Assembly: GCA_034780895.1 (NCBI GenBank)
Contig: JAUZTB010000071.1
Span: forward strand, 16,609,837-16,673,836
Direction: 5' to 3'
Source of the DNA: Rhynchobatus australiae
Lineage: Eukaryota
DNA length: 64,000 bases
In this document: positions 25,700-37,600 of the stretch, piece after piece
Layout of the letters: each line of letters opens with the position of its first letter
How positions within the stretch are numbered: the first letter of the stretch is position 1
The notes under the pieces: generated by a model
Told to the model about the DNA's origin: nothing
Seen by the model: only the letters and a program-made list of their open reading frames with translations
The model's database searches: none
Position numbers and translations under genes: made by a program

Positions 25700-25900
25700 A
25701 AGAATCTGAGTTATTGGTAATCATGAACTTCTGCTCATAACTCGGAGAGAGAGACAGACAGAGAGACTGCTACCCTTGCCAAAGCTAGTCAAACTTTGAC
25801 CTTTCTGGTCTGGCCAGCTCTGTTTATTTGCATATCAATGTCAACTGTGTAGTTTTTGAGTTCACAGTAGTTTAGTTAAACCTTGACCAATGACAGAGTG
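25700..25900. promoter_or_regulatory. Candidate hepatocyte-type enhancer (HNF4/DR1, FOXA, octamer, ONECUT-like, HNF1-like, CCAAT motifs)
   Basis: CAAACTTTGACCT 25790-25802; TGTTTATTTG 25821-25830; ATTTGCAT 25826-25833; ATCAAT 25834-25839; GTTAAACCTTGAC 25875-25887; GACCAATGA 25885-25893. The sequence does not look repeat-derived. Confidence 0.45.
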
Positions 25901-28900
25901 GCCTGGAAATGGCTGCTTGATCAGATGTCACATATCTAGCTGTTGTGCTATTATATATCATTCTATCAAACTTCCTGGAATTCATCCAGAGCTAGCAACC
26001 CTAATTGAAAAGATTAAGGATGTGAGTCCAGAAGCTGAATAGCAGTCTTCTTTTCAGGTGCTAAATGGACATCTATGCCTCCAATTTTGCAGAAAGGAAA
26101 TGCATGCACATTATGAATTTCGTGCAGACATAATATTAGGTGTATAAGGCATGAAAAGAGACCCCTGATCCTTTATTTGAATGTCCTTTGAATGTGAATT
26201 GCCTTTTTGAGACCCACTGCAATGATAGGCAACAAGTAGGCAACGTGGTCAGCATGGACAAGTTGGGCCGAAGGGCCTGTTTCCATGCTATATATATCTA
26301 TGATTCCAGTTTGTTTCTCTGAACCCAGCCAACCTGTGAGTGAATTTAGATGAACTGAGTGAACAAAAACAATTTATAGAAATTAAGCACTAAGTGAATG
26401 CTTAAAATATACAGTACTTTCTTGTATGGGGAAGCTTAAGTGGTCATCATCCCAACCTCCTCAATCGCTGCTTAACTTTGCTATTCTAGCCACTGCAGTC
26501 ACTGATTGCTAGTGATCACCACCCATGCCACTCAATCTAGCTACTCCTACCCAAGTGTTTTGATTCCCTCCCCACCCACGCACCCCTCTTGTTCACTTTC
26601 CTCATCTGCAGATTGCCATTTCCCATGCTAACCATCCTTGTCAATCATCCCTCACCCTCCTTCTTTACAGACTTAGTTGACCAATGGCATTGAGATCTTA
26701 GTGGCCTGATTTCTGAGTCCTCCTTTGTTGCAAAACTATCCAGATGCCCACTGGGAATCTGAAGCTCATCGGCTCTTTGTTACTGAGCCTCAGACCCATC
26801 GAGCCAGGTGTGGAAATCAGATACATCTTTGAATCTCTGGACATGTTTTGTTTAAATGAGCTGTACTGAATTTGTTTTACTACTCAGAGTAAAAGCATAC
26901 ATTTGAAGGAGTTTTCTTTTAAACTAGTTTGATGATTCTCTTAGGAAGGCTTGTAAATTACCTGTCAAGAGAAAAAGCTGAATAATGAAGGACTGATGTG
27001 CCATTTTAACAAATGAAATTGCCCTCGAAGAAAAAAAATGAGATTTCTACATTCGCCAGAATATATGCGATTAGCACAGAAGAGTTTTATTTTTCATAAC
27101 ATGTTTTTGGACTGTTTATTTAGTTAGTAAAACATATTATTAAAATAACATGAAGAATATAAGGTCAATTGACAAAATCCTCTACCTTTTTTAAATGAAA
27201 ACCAAAGGCAAAGCTCACATAAATTTAAACAGAGAGGAAATTAGTAATGATATAAATGTAGTTGAAATAACTTCTGATTCTCTATAACAAAAGCTCTACA
27301 ATAAAAACTACCCATTCCTACATATAGGATCCTATGTTGTAAAGATATAGAATTTCTTAATTAGGATTATTTTTGTTATGCTTTTCTTCTGAAGCCCATT
27401 TTTAAAGTAGATTTAATGCAGTTTTAAAATAGTTGACATACTAAGCAAATCTAAAATTACATTTTCTGGCTCACTGTGAAATGTAGTGAGCCAACAGAGA
27501 CTGGTCTCTCAAACCTGGCACGTTACGTCAGAAGTTTCCATCTGTCTTGGCAAAGAATTCAGTGCACTAATTATGTCTTAGGAGTAGCAGTACAAGCATT
27601 TCTTATATTTCTTATTTATAATCAGGATGATTTTGCACAAATGGTGTTCTGATTAATCATTGCAGGGTAAGATAGTACATGTGGTTATGAAATATGGTAA
27701 GTTGGAAATTAATCAAGTGTCATAAAAATAGATTGCGTGAAGAAGCAACACTTATGTTTAATGTAAGATGATAGTTTCCAACCACCTGTCATATAAATTA
27801 TGAAGATATTTTTTACTTCAAAACTGTGGTGACTTCTTGGAAGTAGAAAAAAAAGTCTTCAAACACAAGTCTGTCCTTTTTAGCTATTCAAAACGACAAA
27901 GTTCCTCCTCCCAGTAATATATCTCATGCATAGTCTCTTGAAGCTATTTTCCCTGTCCATTTCAATAACTTTTCCACTAATATTATCCATAATTCCATTG
28001 ATTAAAAATGTTCACTGAACATTCCTCCTCCTTTTTTGCCTTAGCTGGATTAGAATTCTCGTTATATCAATCACTATCTTAAGTTAATGTTTCAAACATG
28101 TGCAATTATTTAAGGATGGATGTTCTTATAAAATTAGAGTAAAGCTTGGATTTAATTAGAAAGGGCTTGCAACTTTTACCCATTCCTGATGGTCAATTAT
28201 CAATTTAGAATTGCTTCCCCACTTCATTGCCATCCTTAAAATTGAATTTTTACTTGTCCACAGGAAGCAGTGACTTTAATGTGTGTAGTGTAATGAATAA
28301 AATGCCACACTTACCACTTTATAGCAAAAGAGATAATATTTTATCCAAAGTGAGGCAAGAAACAGTGAGTACTACTTGAATTCCTTCTCACTTGCAACAT
28401 CATGATTTGAAAAAAATCTTTGTTTATATCGTGTATGAATGTCAGCATTTTTATGTGTGTTACTATCTTCTTTTAGCTTTTGTGAATCATAATTTTATTT
28501 CTAAATCTTTATTCCAGGAGTTTAACAGAGCAATATTTGGTTTTGAACAGGATTTACTCAGCATTTATAAATTTAGTAATAGTCTAGCTTTGAAATTGTT
28601 TATAATTTCATAGGAAAGACTTTTGGATCAAATTCTTTAATGACAAACTATCAATTTACATTAATATTGCATGTGTGAACAAGGCTTCACTATGGCATTC
28701 ATGCTTTGCAAAACTGCACAAAGAATCAAGCTGAAATCACTGGTCAGAGGTAAAGAACATGAGAAAAGTTAGGTGGAGGAATTGCAATAAGCTCTGCTCA
28801 TACTTTTGCAAGTGACAATTTCAGATGTACTACCAGCAGTTTGAGAGGGATGAGAGCCAAAAAACATAAAAGGTAGAACATTAAAACACTGACTAAGAGC

Positions 28901-29654
28901 ATTTACTATGAAGCAGAATCTAGGTCTGAACTTTAGACACAAAGCAGCCATAGCAATAACCCCACTGTGATCCAAATCCCCCTGATCAGTGGCTTTCAAT
29001 AAACTTGATGTCCAAAAACTTTCATCCTCATTTGACAACTCTCAATGGAACATTGACCCTGTTATAATTTATTGTTTTTCTTTATCCATTTCTTATTTCC
29101 CATCACATGAAGCCAAGGCAAGTAGTGGTGGAGAAAAAAGACAAACATTGCATTAACATAGCAGTAAGCATTCTGTGCACATTTCTGGGAGTTAGTGACA
29201 GTTGTGAATATCTTATAAGCTTCTTGTTGAGAGATTTTCTTGTAGCCAAATGCAGTTTTTCTGGTTTCCAGTTTAACAAATTGACATCAACAGTAGTGTT
29301 ATGACCAATATTTGGTCTCGAGCAAGATTCTCAACCATGTTGGTCCAAACAATAACTGATGCGTTTCGCTCACAAAAGAATTGGAGTTTACTAACATTCT
29401 AAGTTCCGTAGCATTGTTATTTAAAGGTCAGGTACATTTCTCCTGTATTCTTAGGCAGAGTGCTACATCAGTGTCTGCAAGACAATTTTCAAATACACTG
29501 ACCCAAACTGGAATCCCAGTCACCACACCACCAATGGCTTCAGTAGGTCCCCCCTCAAAACTTAGTGGTCAGAAACGCCAGAAGAAATACTGAAAATTAG
29601 AGAGGTGATTCCATGTTCATCAGAAGGGAAATTAGTGAAAAACAGGAGAAAGAC

Positions 29655-29792
29655 ATGCTGCTATAGAGAAGATGCCATTATACTGGAAAGGGTGCAGAAC
29701 AGATTTACAAGGATGTTGCCAGGACTCGAGGAACTGAGGTGCAGGGAGAGGTTGAACAGGGTGGGACTTTATTCCTTGGATCATAGGAGATT
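29655..29792 (+). mobile_element. CR1 (HER1-like) LINE ORF2 C-terminal fragment running into a gap
   Basis: Translation YREDAIILERVQNRFTRMLPGLEEL..RERLNRVGLYSL. Confidence 0.8.
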
Positions 29793-30479
29793 NNNNNNNN
29801 NNNNNNNNNNNNNNNNNNNNNNNNNNNNNNNNNNNNNNNNNNNNNNNNNNNNNNNNNNNNNNNNNNNNNNNNNNNNNNNNNNNNNNNNNNNNNNNNNNNN
29901 NNNNNNNNNNNNNNNNNNNNNNNNNNNNNNNNNNNNNNNNNNNNNNNNNNNNNNNNNNNNNNNNNNNNNNNNNNNNNNNNNNNNNNNNNNNNNNNNNNNN
30001 NNNNNNNNNNNNNNNNNNNNNNNNNNNNNNNNNNNNNNNNNNNNNNNNNNNNNNNNNNNNNNNNNNNNNNNNNNNNNNNNNNNNNNNNNNNNNNNNNNNN
30101 NNNNNNNNNNNNNNNNNNNNNNNNNNNNNNNNNNNNNNNNNNNNNNNNNNNNNNNNNNNNNNNNNNNNNNNNNNNNNNNNNNNNNNNCTTATCAACCCTG
30201 ATTTTACAGAAAGTGACCCTCTTAGTAATGCATCCTGCAGGAGCAATATCTCTGTGAACAACCTTTCCAAAAGGTTGTTCCCATTGACACCCAAAATCTC
30301 AGAAACCCTCAGACAAAAGCTTGCACAACTTTAGCACTAAATTCAAAGAGAAATTTAAGGTAATTTTCACTCTCAGAAACCTGGCCTCATGACCATTCTG
30401 GATAATGTCTGCTGACATATGGCACACGTAACACAACTGCTGCATTGCAGAAGTCAAGGAAACATTTGTTTTTCATTAT

Positions 30480-32130
30480 TATTTATTCATTTTCCAGGAT
30501 TTGTGTGTTGCTGCAAGGCAGTATTTATTGTCTATACCTAGGTAGGGTTGAGCCGACTTCTTGAACCACTGCTGTCCTCCTGGGGAAAGTAATCCCATGA
30601 TGTTGTTGAGCAGAAATTTCCGGGTTTTAGTAAGGATGAAGGATAAATTTCCAATTTCAGGGATGTGTGCAACTTGGAGGGGAACATGAAGGACATGGTG
30701 TTCCCTCCAAGTTCCTGCTGCTCTTGCTCCTTTTGGTTGTACGGGTTGGGATCTGGGACATGAGTCAACCAGCTGAAGTAAGTAATCGCAGTGCATTTTC
30801 TAGGTCATACACACTGAAGACACTGAGCACCAGTGGTGGAGAGAATGAACATTTAGGTTGCCCATCCCTAATTGCCCTTGAGGAGGTGATGGTGGATTGC
30901 CACTTAGAACAATTGCGTTTCCTCTGATGAAGTTAATTCCACAGGTGTTAGGGAGGGTATTCCTGGATTTACACTCAGTGACGATGAAGGAACAGATATA
31001 TATTTCTAAGTCAGGATAGTGTACAACTTGGAAGGGAACAGTTAATCACTTGTCCTTCTTGGTGGTAGAAGTCATGGGGTTTTGGAGATATTGTTGGATA
31101 GTCTTGGTGAGTGACAATATTGCACATTGTAGGTGGTGCACTCTCACAGTGGTACACAGTCACAATGCACTGATGGTGAAGGGAACAAATATTTAGGGGG
31201 GTAGATGGGGAACTGATCAAATGGTCTGCTTTGACTTGGATGGTATCAGGTTTCTTAAGTGTCATTAGAGCTGTACTCATCCTGGCAAGTGGGGACTATT
31301 CCATCATACTCCAAACTTACGCCTTCTAGATGGTGGAAAGGATTTGGTGCATCAGGAATAGGTCACTCACCACACGATACTCAAGCTCTGACCTGCTTTT
31401 GTAGCTACAATATTCTTTGTGGTGATCTAGCTGAGTTTCTGGTCAATAGTAATCCCCAAAATGTGGGTGATGGATGATTTGGTGATGACCAAGGGTTTGA
31501 TTGACAAGGGTAGATGGTTAGACTCTTATTAGAAAAGGTCATTGTCATATTTCCGGCACAAAAATTACTTGTCACTTATCAGCCCTTGCCGGAATGTTGC
31601 TCTGTGTAAGCATGGACTGCTTTATTTGCTGAGGAGGAGCAAATAAAATTCAACATTGTCCAATCATTGGCCAATACTCCCACTTCTGACCTAATGGTCA
31701 AAGGAAGTTCATTGATGAAGCAACTGAGGATGGATGGACCTAAGACACTGCCCTGAGGGACTTCTGCAGTGTTGTCCGGGGACAATCCATGGATTGGATT
31801 GACTTCCAATAACTATATCCAAATTCTTTTTGTGAGGTATGACTCCAACTATTAGAATATTTTATCCTATCTACTTCAGTTTTACCAGGACTCCTTGATG
31901 CTACATTCAGTCAAAGGTTCCCTTGAAGGGCAGTCATTCTCATGTTACCTTTGGGATTCAGCTCTTTGGACCATGTTTGGATCAAGGCTGTAATGAGATC
32001 TGGAGCTGAATAGTTCTGGCAAAACCCAAATAGGGCTTTGCAGAGTAAGTGCCAGTGGACAACGCTGTTGATGACACGTTCCGTCACCTTGCTGATAATT
32101 GAGGATATACCTATTGGACAGTAATTAGTC
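30480..32130 (-). mobile_element. Decayed CR1/L2-clade LINE with reverse-transcriptase remnant
   Basis: Minus-strand EVPQGSVLGPSILSCFINELP...VGVLAND matches the RT PQG motif and a degenerate FADD. The 3' terminus appears twice, near 30480 and 30850. Confidence 0.75.
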
Positions 32131-32249
32131 AGATTAGATTTGTCTTGTATTTTGAACTTCTGTTATATGTAGCATGGAGGAATATCACTGCGGATTTGAG
32201 ACTTCTCTCTAAATGGGTAAAAGCTGGACTGAGAATCCTCACCAGAAGA

Positions 32250-32525
32250 TATTCACCTTTGATACAGCACCTTTCCTGAATTAAGGCACCCCAGAGGACT
32301 TCATAACTATGTAAATATTTTAAAGTCTTATCATAGTTGTTGCCTAGGGACAGCAAACAGGAAGGTCTCACAAACAGCACGGAGGTAATGATGATATTTT
32401 AGGTGGTTCAGAAAAATATTGGCAACACCAGGAAAAAAAATCTTACATCTGTTTGAATGGGCAAATGGGACCCACCTTTAATGTTTCATCCAAAAGACAG
32501 CACCTCTAACGAAAGCAGTGTGGAC
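32250..32525 (-). mobile_element. DeuSINE (SacSINE1/AmnSINE-like) remnant
   Basis: Reverse complement of Deu-domain-like GAGGTGCTGTCTTTTGGATGAAACATTAAA and CCTGGTGTTGCCAATATTT. Confidence 0.55.
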
Positions 32526-33352
32526 TCAGGCATCAGTGCACCTCTTCTGCTCAATGCACAAGGGCATTAAGCAGAATCTCCAACTTTTGCATCAAGAGAC
32601 AAGAGTGAAACTTCTGTTGTAATAGAGAAAGGATAGCATCCTTTTGGGTGCAAACAACGTATAAACCTGGGAATAAAACAAAATACACTATTCCAAGTAT
32701 GCTTTTCATTAAAACTATAAATGTGAAGAAAGCATTTACTAAATGTGAATGATGGTTAAATGACCTCATTTGTCCAATTAGTACCTACTCCAAGCATCCC
32801 TTAGACGTGGGGATGTTAACAAAAAGTTATCTTTTTTCTCTCTATATAGATGCACCTTGAGTATTTCCAGTATTTTTTTTCCTTTTGTTCATTGAAATTG
32901 CCAACTTTGCTTAGACAGATTTTTGGCATTATTGCTGAAATCCTTAAGAATAATAAGCTGCACTGCCATTGAAAGCAAGCCAAGGTTGTGCAATGTGCCC
33001 TCAGATAGTTTCCCAACATTGCAAAGGCTCCGAACATGACCACACGCCCCAATTTATGCATCATGTGCCATGAGGACACAGCATCAGACAAGTGGGTTGA
33101 ACTCAAGTAACATGATCCCGCAAGGGTTGGTTAGACTTGGCAGCACTGGGCAAACTGCAAGCTGCAAAAAATCTCAGAAAAATTACAGCAACCTTAGAAA
33201 AATCGAGATCCATTCTGCTTATTGAGACAATGACTGATTTTCCTGGATTTGTCACCATATGACCCCCTTCTTCCGTCTGACCTACCCCCCACACTCCTAT
33301 GGTTTTCTTGTGGGTTGGTAGCAGTGACCTCTGCTGATTAGACTTTATCAGA

Positions 33353-33482
33353 GACACAAAAGACTGTAGACGCTGGAATGTGAAGCAACAAACAATCTAC
33401 TGGAGGAACCCACCGGGTCCAGCAGCATCTGTGGTGGTGCTGCTCCACCTGCTGTGTTCCTCCAGCAGATCGATTGTTGGAT
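33353..33482. mobile_element. Miniature palindromic Penelope-like remnant
   Basis: AACAATCTACTGGAGGAAC...CAGCAGCATC / GGTGCTGCT...GTTCCTCCAGCAGATCGATTGTT fold back on each other. Confidence 0.6.
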
Positions 33483-33949
33483 TAGACTTTAGTTCCTGGC
33501 TGGCACTGGGAGAGACTCGAATGGTCAACAATCCCAATTCACCTTGTCCCAGGACTTGATTTCCGTCAATGCCTTACTTTTTTCTAGAGTTGTTTCTTTT
33601 GATTTTATACCCAAAACAATCGACTTTAATCGTACTTTTGATTCAGCGTGGATTAGCAGCAAGTCTCTGGCATGCAAACAAAAGCTTTTCACTGTATATC
33701 AGTACGTGACAATAATAAACCAATACCAATCCCTCTACGTTTCTGAAGTACTTTACATTTTGAAAGGCACAATACTAATTTGCCTTTCCAATGGCAACAC
33801 AATAGACTGCTATCACCTCAGGGAATGCGTGAATGGCAATGGTGCTGTTGTGTTTTTTTCCAAGTTTACACTACTGAATGTAAAAGTGTTTTTGCTCTGT
33901 TTCTTCCTTTGTATTTTTTTATTATGAATAAAGTCTTCATTTTAAAAAA

Positions 33950-34033
33950 ACACAACAGACTGCAAATGCTGGAATCTGGAGCAGCAAACAATTTGACTCG
34001 CTGAGCTCCTGCAGCAGATTGTCTTGTTGCTCT
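33950..34033. mobile_element. Miniature palindromic Penelope-like remnant
   Basis: ACAACAGACTGCAAATGCTGGAATCTGGAGCAGCAAACAAT...ATTGTCTTGTTGCTC. Confidence 0.55.
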
Positions 34034-34326
34034 TTCCAATGAAAGGCGGGTCTTTTGTTTCAAAGCTTATGCAACAGGCCGGGCTTTTTCCTGCAGCAGT
34101 AATGTGGTATATCGATAGCATGTGACTCCAGTGAGTAAGGAAACAGCCTGGGGTTTGGGTAGGTGGTGTCGGGTGTCCAACCCCCTGATGCCAGGTGATT
34201 GCTGCTGCTGAACATGCGATGATTGACAGCTCAGCAGTTTCCGCGGGCGCTCTTATTGGGACCCGTTCGGTTTGAGGCTCGGAGCTGTGGGACCCGGGCT
34301 CGGCATCGATCAGGCCAGGTCAACTC

Positions 34327-34659
34327 ATGGCTACAGCCACTTCGGCATCAGTCGGCACCCGTGCGGTGGCCAGAGCCGGCCGCTTCCTTTCTTCCAAACG
34401 AGTCTCCTCCTGCGGAGCAGGGCTCCGCCAGCTGAGCGCAGTGAAAGTCGGCCGGCACAGCAAGTTGCGAGGGGCTCCAATGCAAGAGGTGGATCGCACC
34501 GTGCCGCTCGTCAGTCACCACCAGACCGCCCGCTCCCTGGTCTACAAGGACGTGAGAATGTTCCTCAACGAGATCGGCGCCGATCCCAGGGAAGCCCGGT
34601 ACTGGCTCACTCAGTTTCAGAACGCAGGCACCAGCAACAAACTCTTCGCGGTGGTTGAA
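34327..34659 (+). CDS. NAGS: NAGS coding exon 1 (mitochondrial presequence, variable segment, start of AAK domain)
   Basis: ATG at 34327 (CTCATGG). The first ~50 aa are Arg/Ser/Ala-rich with no acidic residues. Continues [26 protein letters not shown]. Donor GAA|GTAAGT at 34659/34660. The start codon is inferred from an in-frame stop at 34273. Confidence 0.9.
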
Positions 34660-37600
34660 GTAAGTGCGGTAACTCCGGTGGAACAACAGTCCCGGGTTCC
34701 CCGGAACAACGCGCACAAAATGCTGGAGCAACTTAGGTCAGGCAGCATCTTTGCAGGGGAAATGAACGTAGATGCTGCCAGACTTGCTGAGTTCCTCCAG
34801 CATTTTGTGTGAGTTGCTCCAGATTCGCAGCAGCTGCACAACGTGTCCCCGGATTCCCCTGGACACGGTGCAATGATCGCAGTTACTTGTCACTTTTCAA
34901 GTTTTGCCTTCAATTACAAAATGCAAGTAGAAAATTGTGATTCCAGCATCTGCAGTCTCTCGTGTCCCTAGAACACTGAAATTCTTTCTTCACCATTTGC
35001 AAATAAGGACATCTAGTTTGTAAACAGCTAGCCCAAAATTACTTGTAAACATGACCATGTGGCCAAAATAATTACTGCATTGCCTCCATTTCGCCTTCAT
35101 TTTTTTTTATATTAGGCAAGTATTATTTAGTTCCAATTTATTTTGAGTGCCCTGAACTAACGCGCAGCTGATTCAGCTTTGAGTAGGGCTGGGTAAAGAG
35201 GGGGCAGATGTCGACATCGATTCCCTGTTTTGCATCATCTTTTTTAGAAAGCGGCCAGACTTGGGTGTTCTCCCCTTCCTTCCTTCCCCCGTGCAGTGGG
35301 GACCTACAAGTGATAGACGTGGAGTGGGCGATGCTGGTGAGGGGGTGAGGTGTTGGTGGAGAGGGGAGCCTGTGGGTGGGGATAGGCGGAGGAAGGAGGG
35401 AAGAAGTAAACAAGTGAGATTTGGCGGATTACTGGTAGAATCTCAATTCGGCGCGCTACTGTACAGACACGCTGGGATCGAACCGGGTGCCTGTTGTACG
35501 CAGCGCCTAATATTCAGTTCCATGGCATTCAGTGAAAAGAATCAGACGAGGAGACTGCTGAACCCGCCCAAATCTCACCACGCCGAGATACGAATTTCAC
35601 GTTTGCGAGTCGAATTCCACAGTGGTTGTTAGAGGAATTAGTTAAATGGGTTGACAGGGATATTTTTGGGACAGAATCAACCTGCTGTGGTCAATCACAA
35701 CCTTTGGAGTAAAGGTGCCCCGCACTGCTGGCTTTTACAGTCTAACCTGATGGTAATACAGACATGAATAATGTATAGTTTAACTGGAGTAGATTATGGC
35801 AGAAAACGTCTTCACTTGCAAATGTGAAAATTACAAAAGTGATCNNNNNNNNNNNNNNNNNNNNNNNNNNNNNNNNNNNNNNCTTTCTTGTATCTCTTAT
35901 TTGTGTAATGTACTGATGTACATTGGAACTGAAGGCTCCAAACTATGACCATTGTGAAACAGTTTTATATTGTATGGAGGAACACATCATGATAGTTCCT
36001 CATGCTTTAAAAGAACACTAGGGACATTTAGACTCCTGACTGGTCAATGCTGGAACTAACTACAAACTGCTCATACCCAGATGGATCCTGGGGGAAAGGA
36101 TAGTGGTGATAAACACCACTGATCTGAAAAGGATACTGCATTGCCTGCATCAGTTCAGAGCACCTTGCAGGCCACATCACATCTTTGCTGCTTCATTGTC
36201 ACATGTTAAATGCTGCACTATCTTCCAAAGTGAAGACAGCAGCCACTGATAGAGGAAGAGCAACAAGAAGACCAGGGGTTTAAGGGCCATAAGGCAGAGG
36301 CGAGCATCAGGAACAAGAGTATACAGAGCCTCATTTTTCAGCTAAGTGAGGGAGGGAAGTGTCAGCACAGGCTACCAGGAAGTACTGGATAGAGAAATAA
36401 TTCCCCTGNNNNNNNNNNNNNNNNNNNNNNNNNNNNNNNNNNNNNNNNNNNNNNNNCCCACTTCAATTATTATTGCCAAGAGTTGGTGGGGGCCCAGATC
36501 ACATATTAAAATCCCTTTCATCCAACTGCACCAAGTATAACACATGAATTAATTAATTCCCAATCCATTTAATTAAGTAGCTTGTTACAACGTCTTTGTA
36601 TTTCCTGCTATCTGACTCCTCACTTGAAGAACTCAGACTTCCACATAAAAACTATTTCCACTCTGCAGATATACACAATGCTGTGCAGATCATTCACACA
36701 TAACCCGTAAGGACATCACATTTCTTCCACAACTGTGTGGATTCAAATGCATGGAGGAGACTACTGTCACCTCCTCCTGCCAGGGTCGTCTTATGATATA
36801 TGTCCTGACCCTTTCCAGCACAGAGGGAAGTCTGATTGACTAGTTATTATCAATTTTGCAGCCCACTCTGGAATGTGCTNNNNNNNNNNGATGCATAATT
36901 TTGGAGTTTCTGCGCAGTCATTAACTTGCATAATTCATTTCAGCTGAGGTCCTGCAATGGGAGCAGTAACTTGTAGATTTATTCCTGTTGTGCTAAATAC
37001 TACCTGTCACACAATGTATCATGCAATTTACGTATCAAATAGCAAGAGGAAGAGAGAGCCTTAAAATCAACTGATATGCAGTAGCACAATTTGCAGTAAG
37101 TTTGATATGCATAAGATAATACACATTCTTTAGAATAGTTCATACAATTGAAGCATGAGGAAGGTTAAATTGACATCTTAACAGTGAGATATAAATGTGA
37201 CTTTATTAATATCATCCCAAAATCAAAGGTGTTTGTTCTTTTAGAGCTTCTCTAAAATGTTTTTTCCATAGCTTTGTATTTTTGAGTCTTTTTATCCTTC
37301 CCCATAATCACAGTCCAAGTTAACAGCTTGGTCTTTGCTGACACAAACCCACTGCCAATAGTCACACCATTGTACTTCACTCAACAAGCTTATATGCACA
37401 TTCCCCAGAATCAGAAAATGAGTCTGAGAGAGCTTGTTTAACATAATAGAGGAATATGGGCAGACTAGAACAAGTCGTGTCCACAGGATTCCTTTGACAG
37501 CCAGCAAAGTCCTGTCTCAGCTTTACCTGCTGTCAAAGAACTGTTCAATGTCTCTTAAAACACTAAATAAAATGAAACCTCCTGTAGCTCTGTAATTGCC

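Larger units (their letters stand above)
34160..34890. promoter_or_regulatory. CpG-rich island over the NAGS promoter/exon 1 (weaker CpG-rich extension at ~35140-35620)
   Basis: GC content and CpG dinucleotides rise sharply against the CpG-depleted, AT-rich background, coinciding with the first coding exon. Judged by eye, not computed. Confidence 0.7.

Noticed and set aside
31579-31809. Functional reverse transcriptase gene
   Set aside because: The catalytic motif is degenerate (LAND) and the surrounding frame is broken by stops and frameshifts. It is a dead LINE.
1-34100. Expected syntenic neighbour PYY (or any other gene) upstream of NAGS
   Set aside because: I found no YPPKPENPG/LRHYINLITRQRY-like coding sequence in the ORF track or by eye. 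The short ORFs here are repeat-derived or random. Small or non-coding exons cannot be excluded.
34223-34731. Overlapping alternative-frame and antisense ORFs on exon 1 (34223, 34272, 34348)
   Set aside because: These are expected shadows of a GC-rich coding exon, with no recognisable motifs.
34660-34812. 161-aa ORF continuing past exon 1
   Set aside because: NAGS similarity stops at a consensus GTAAGT donor. The extension is intronic, repeat-derived sequence.
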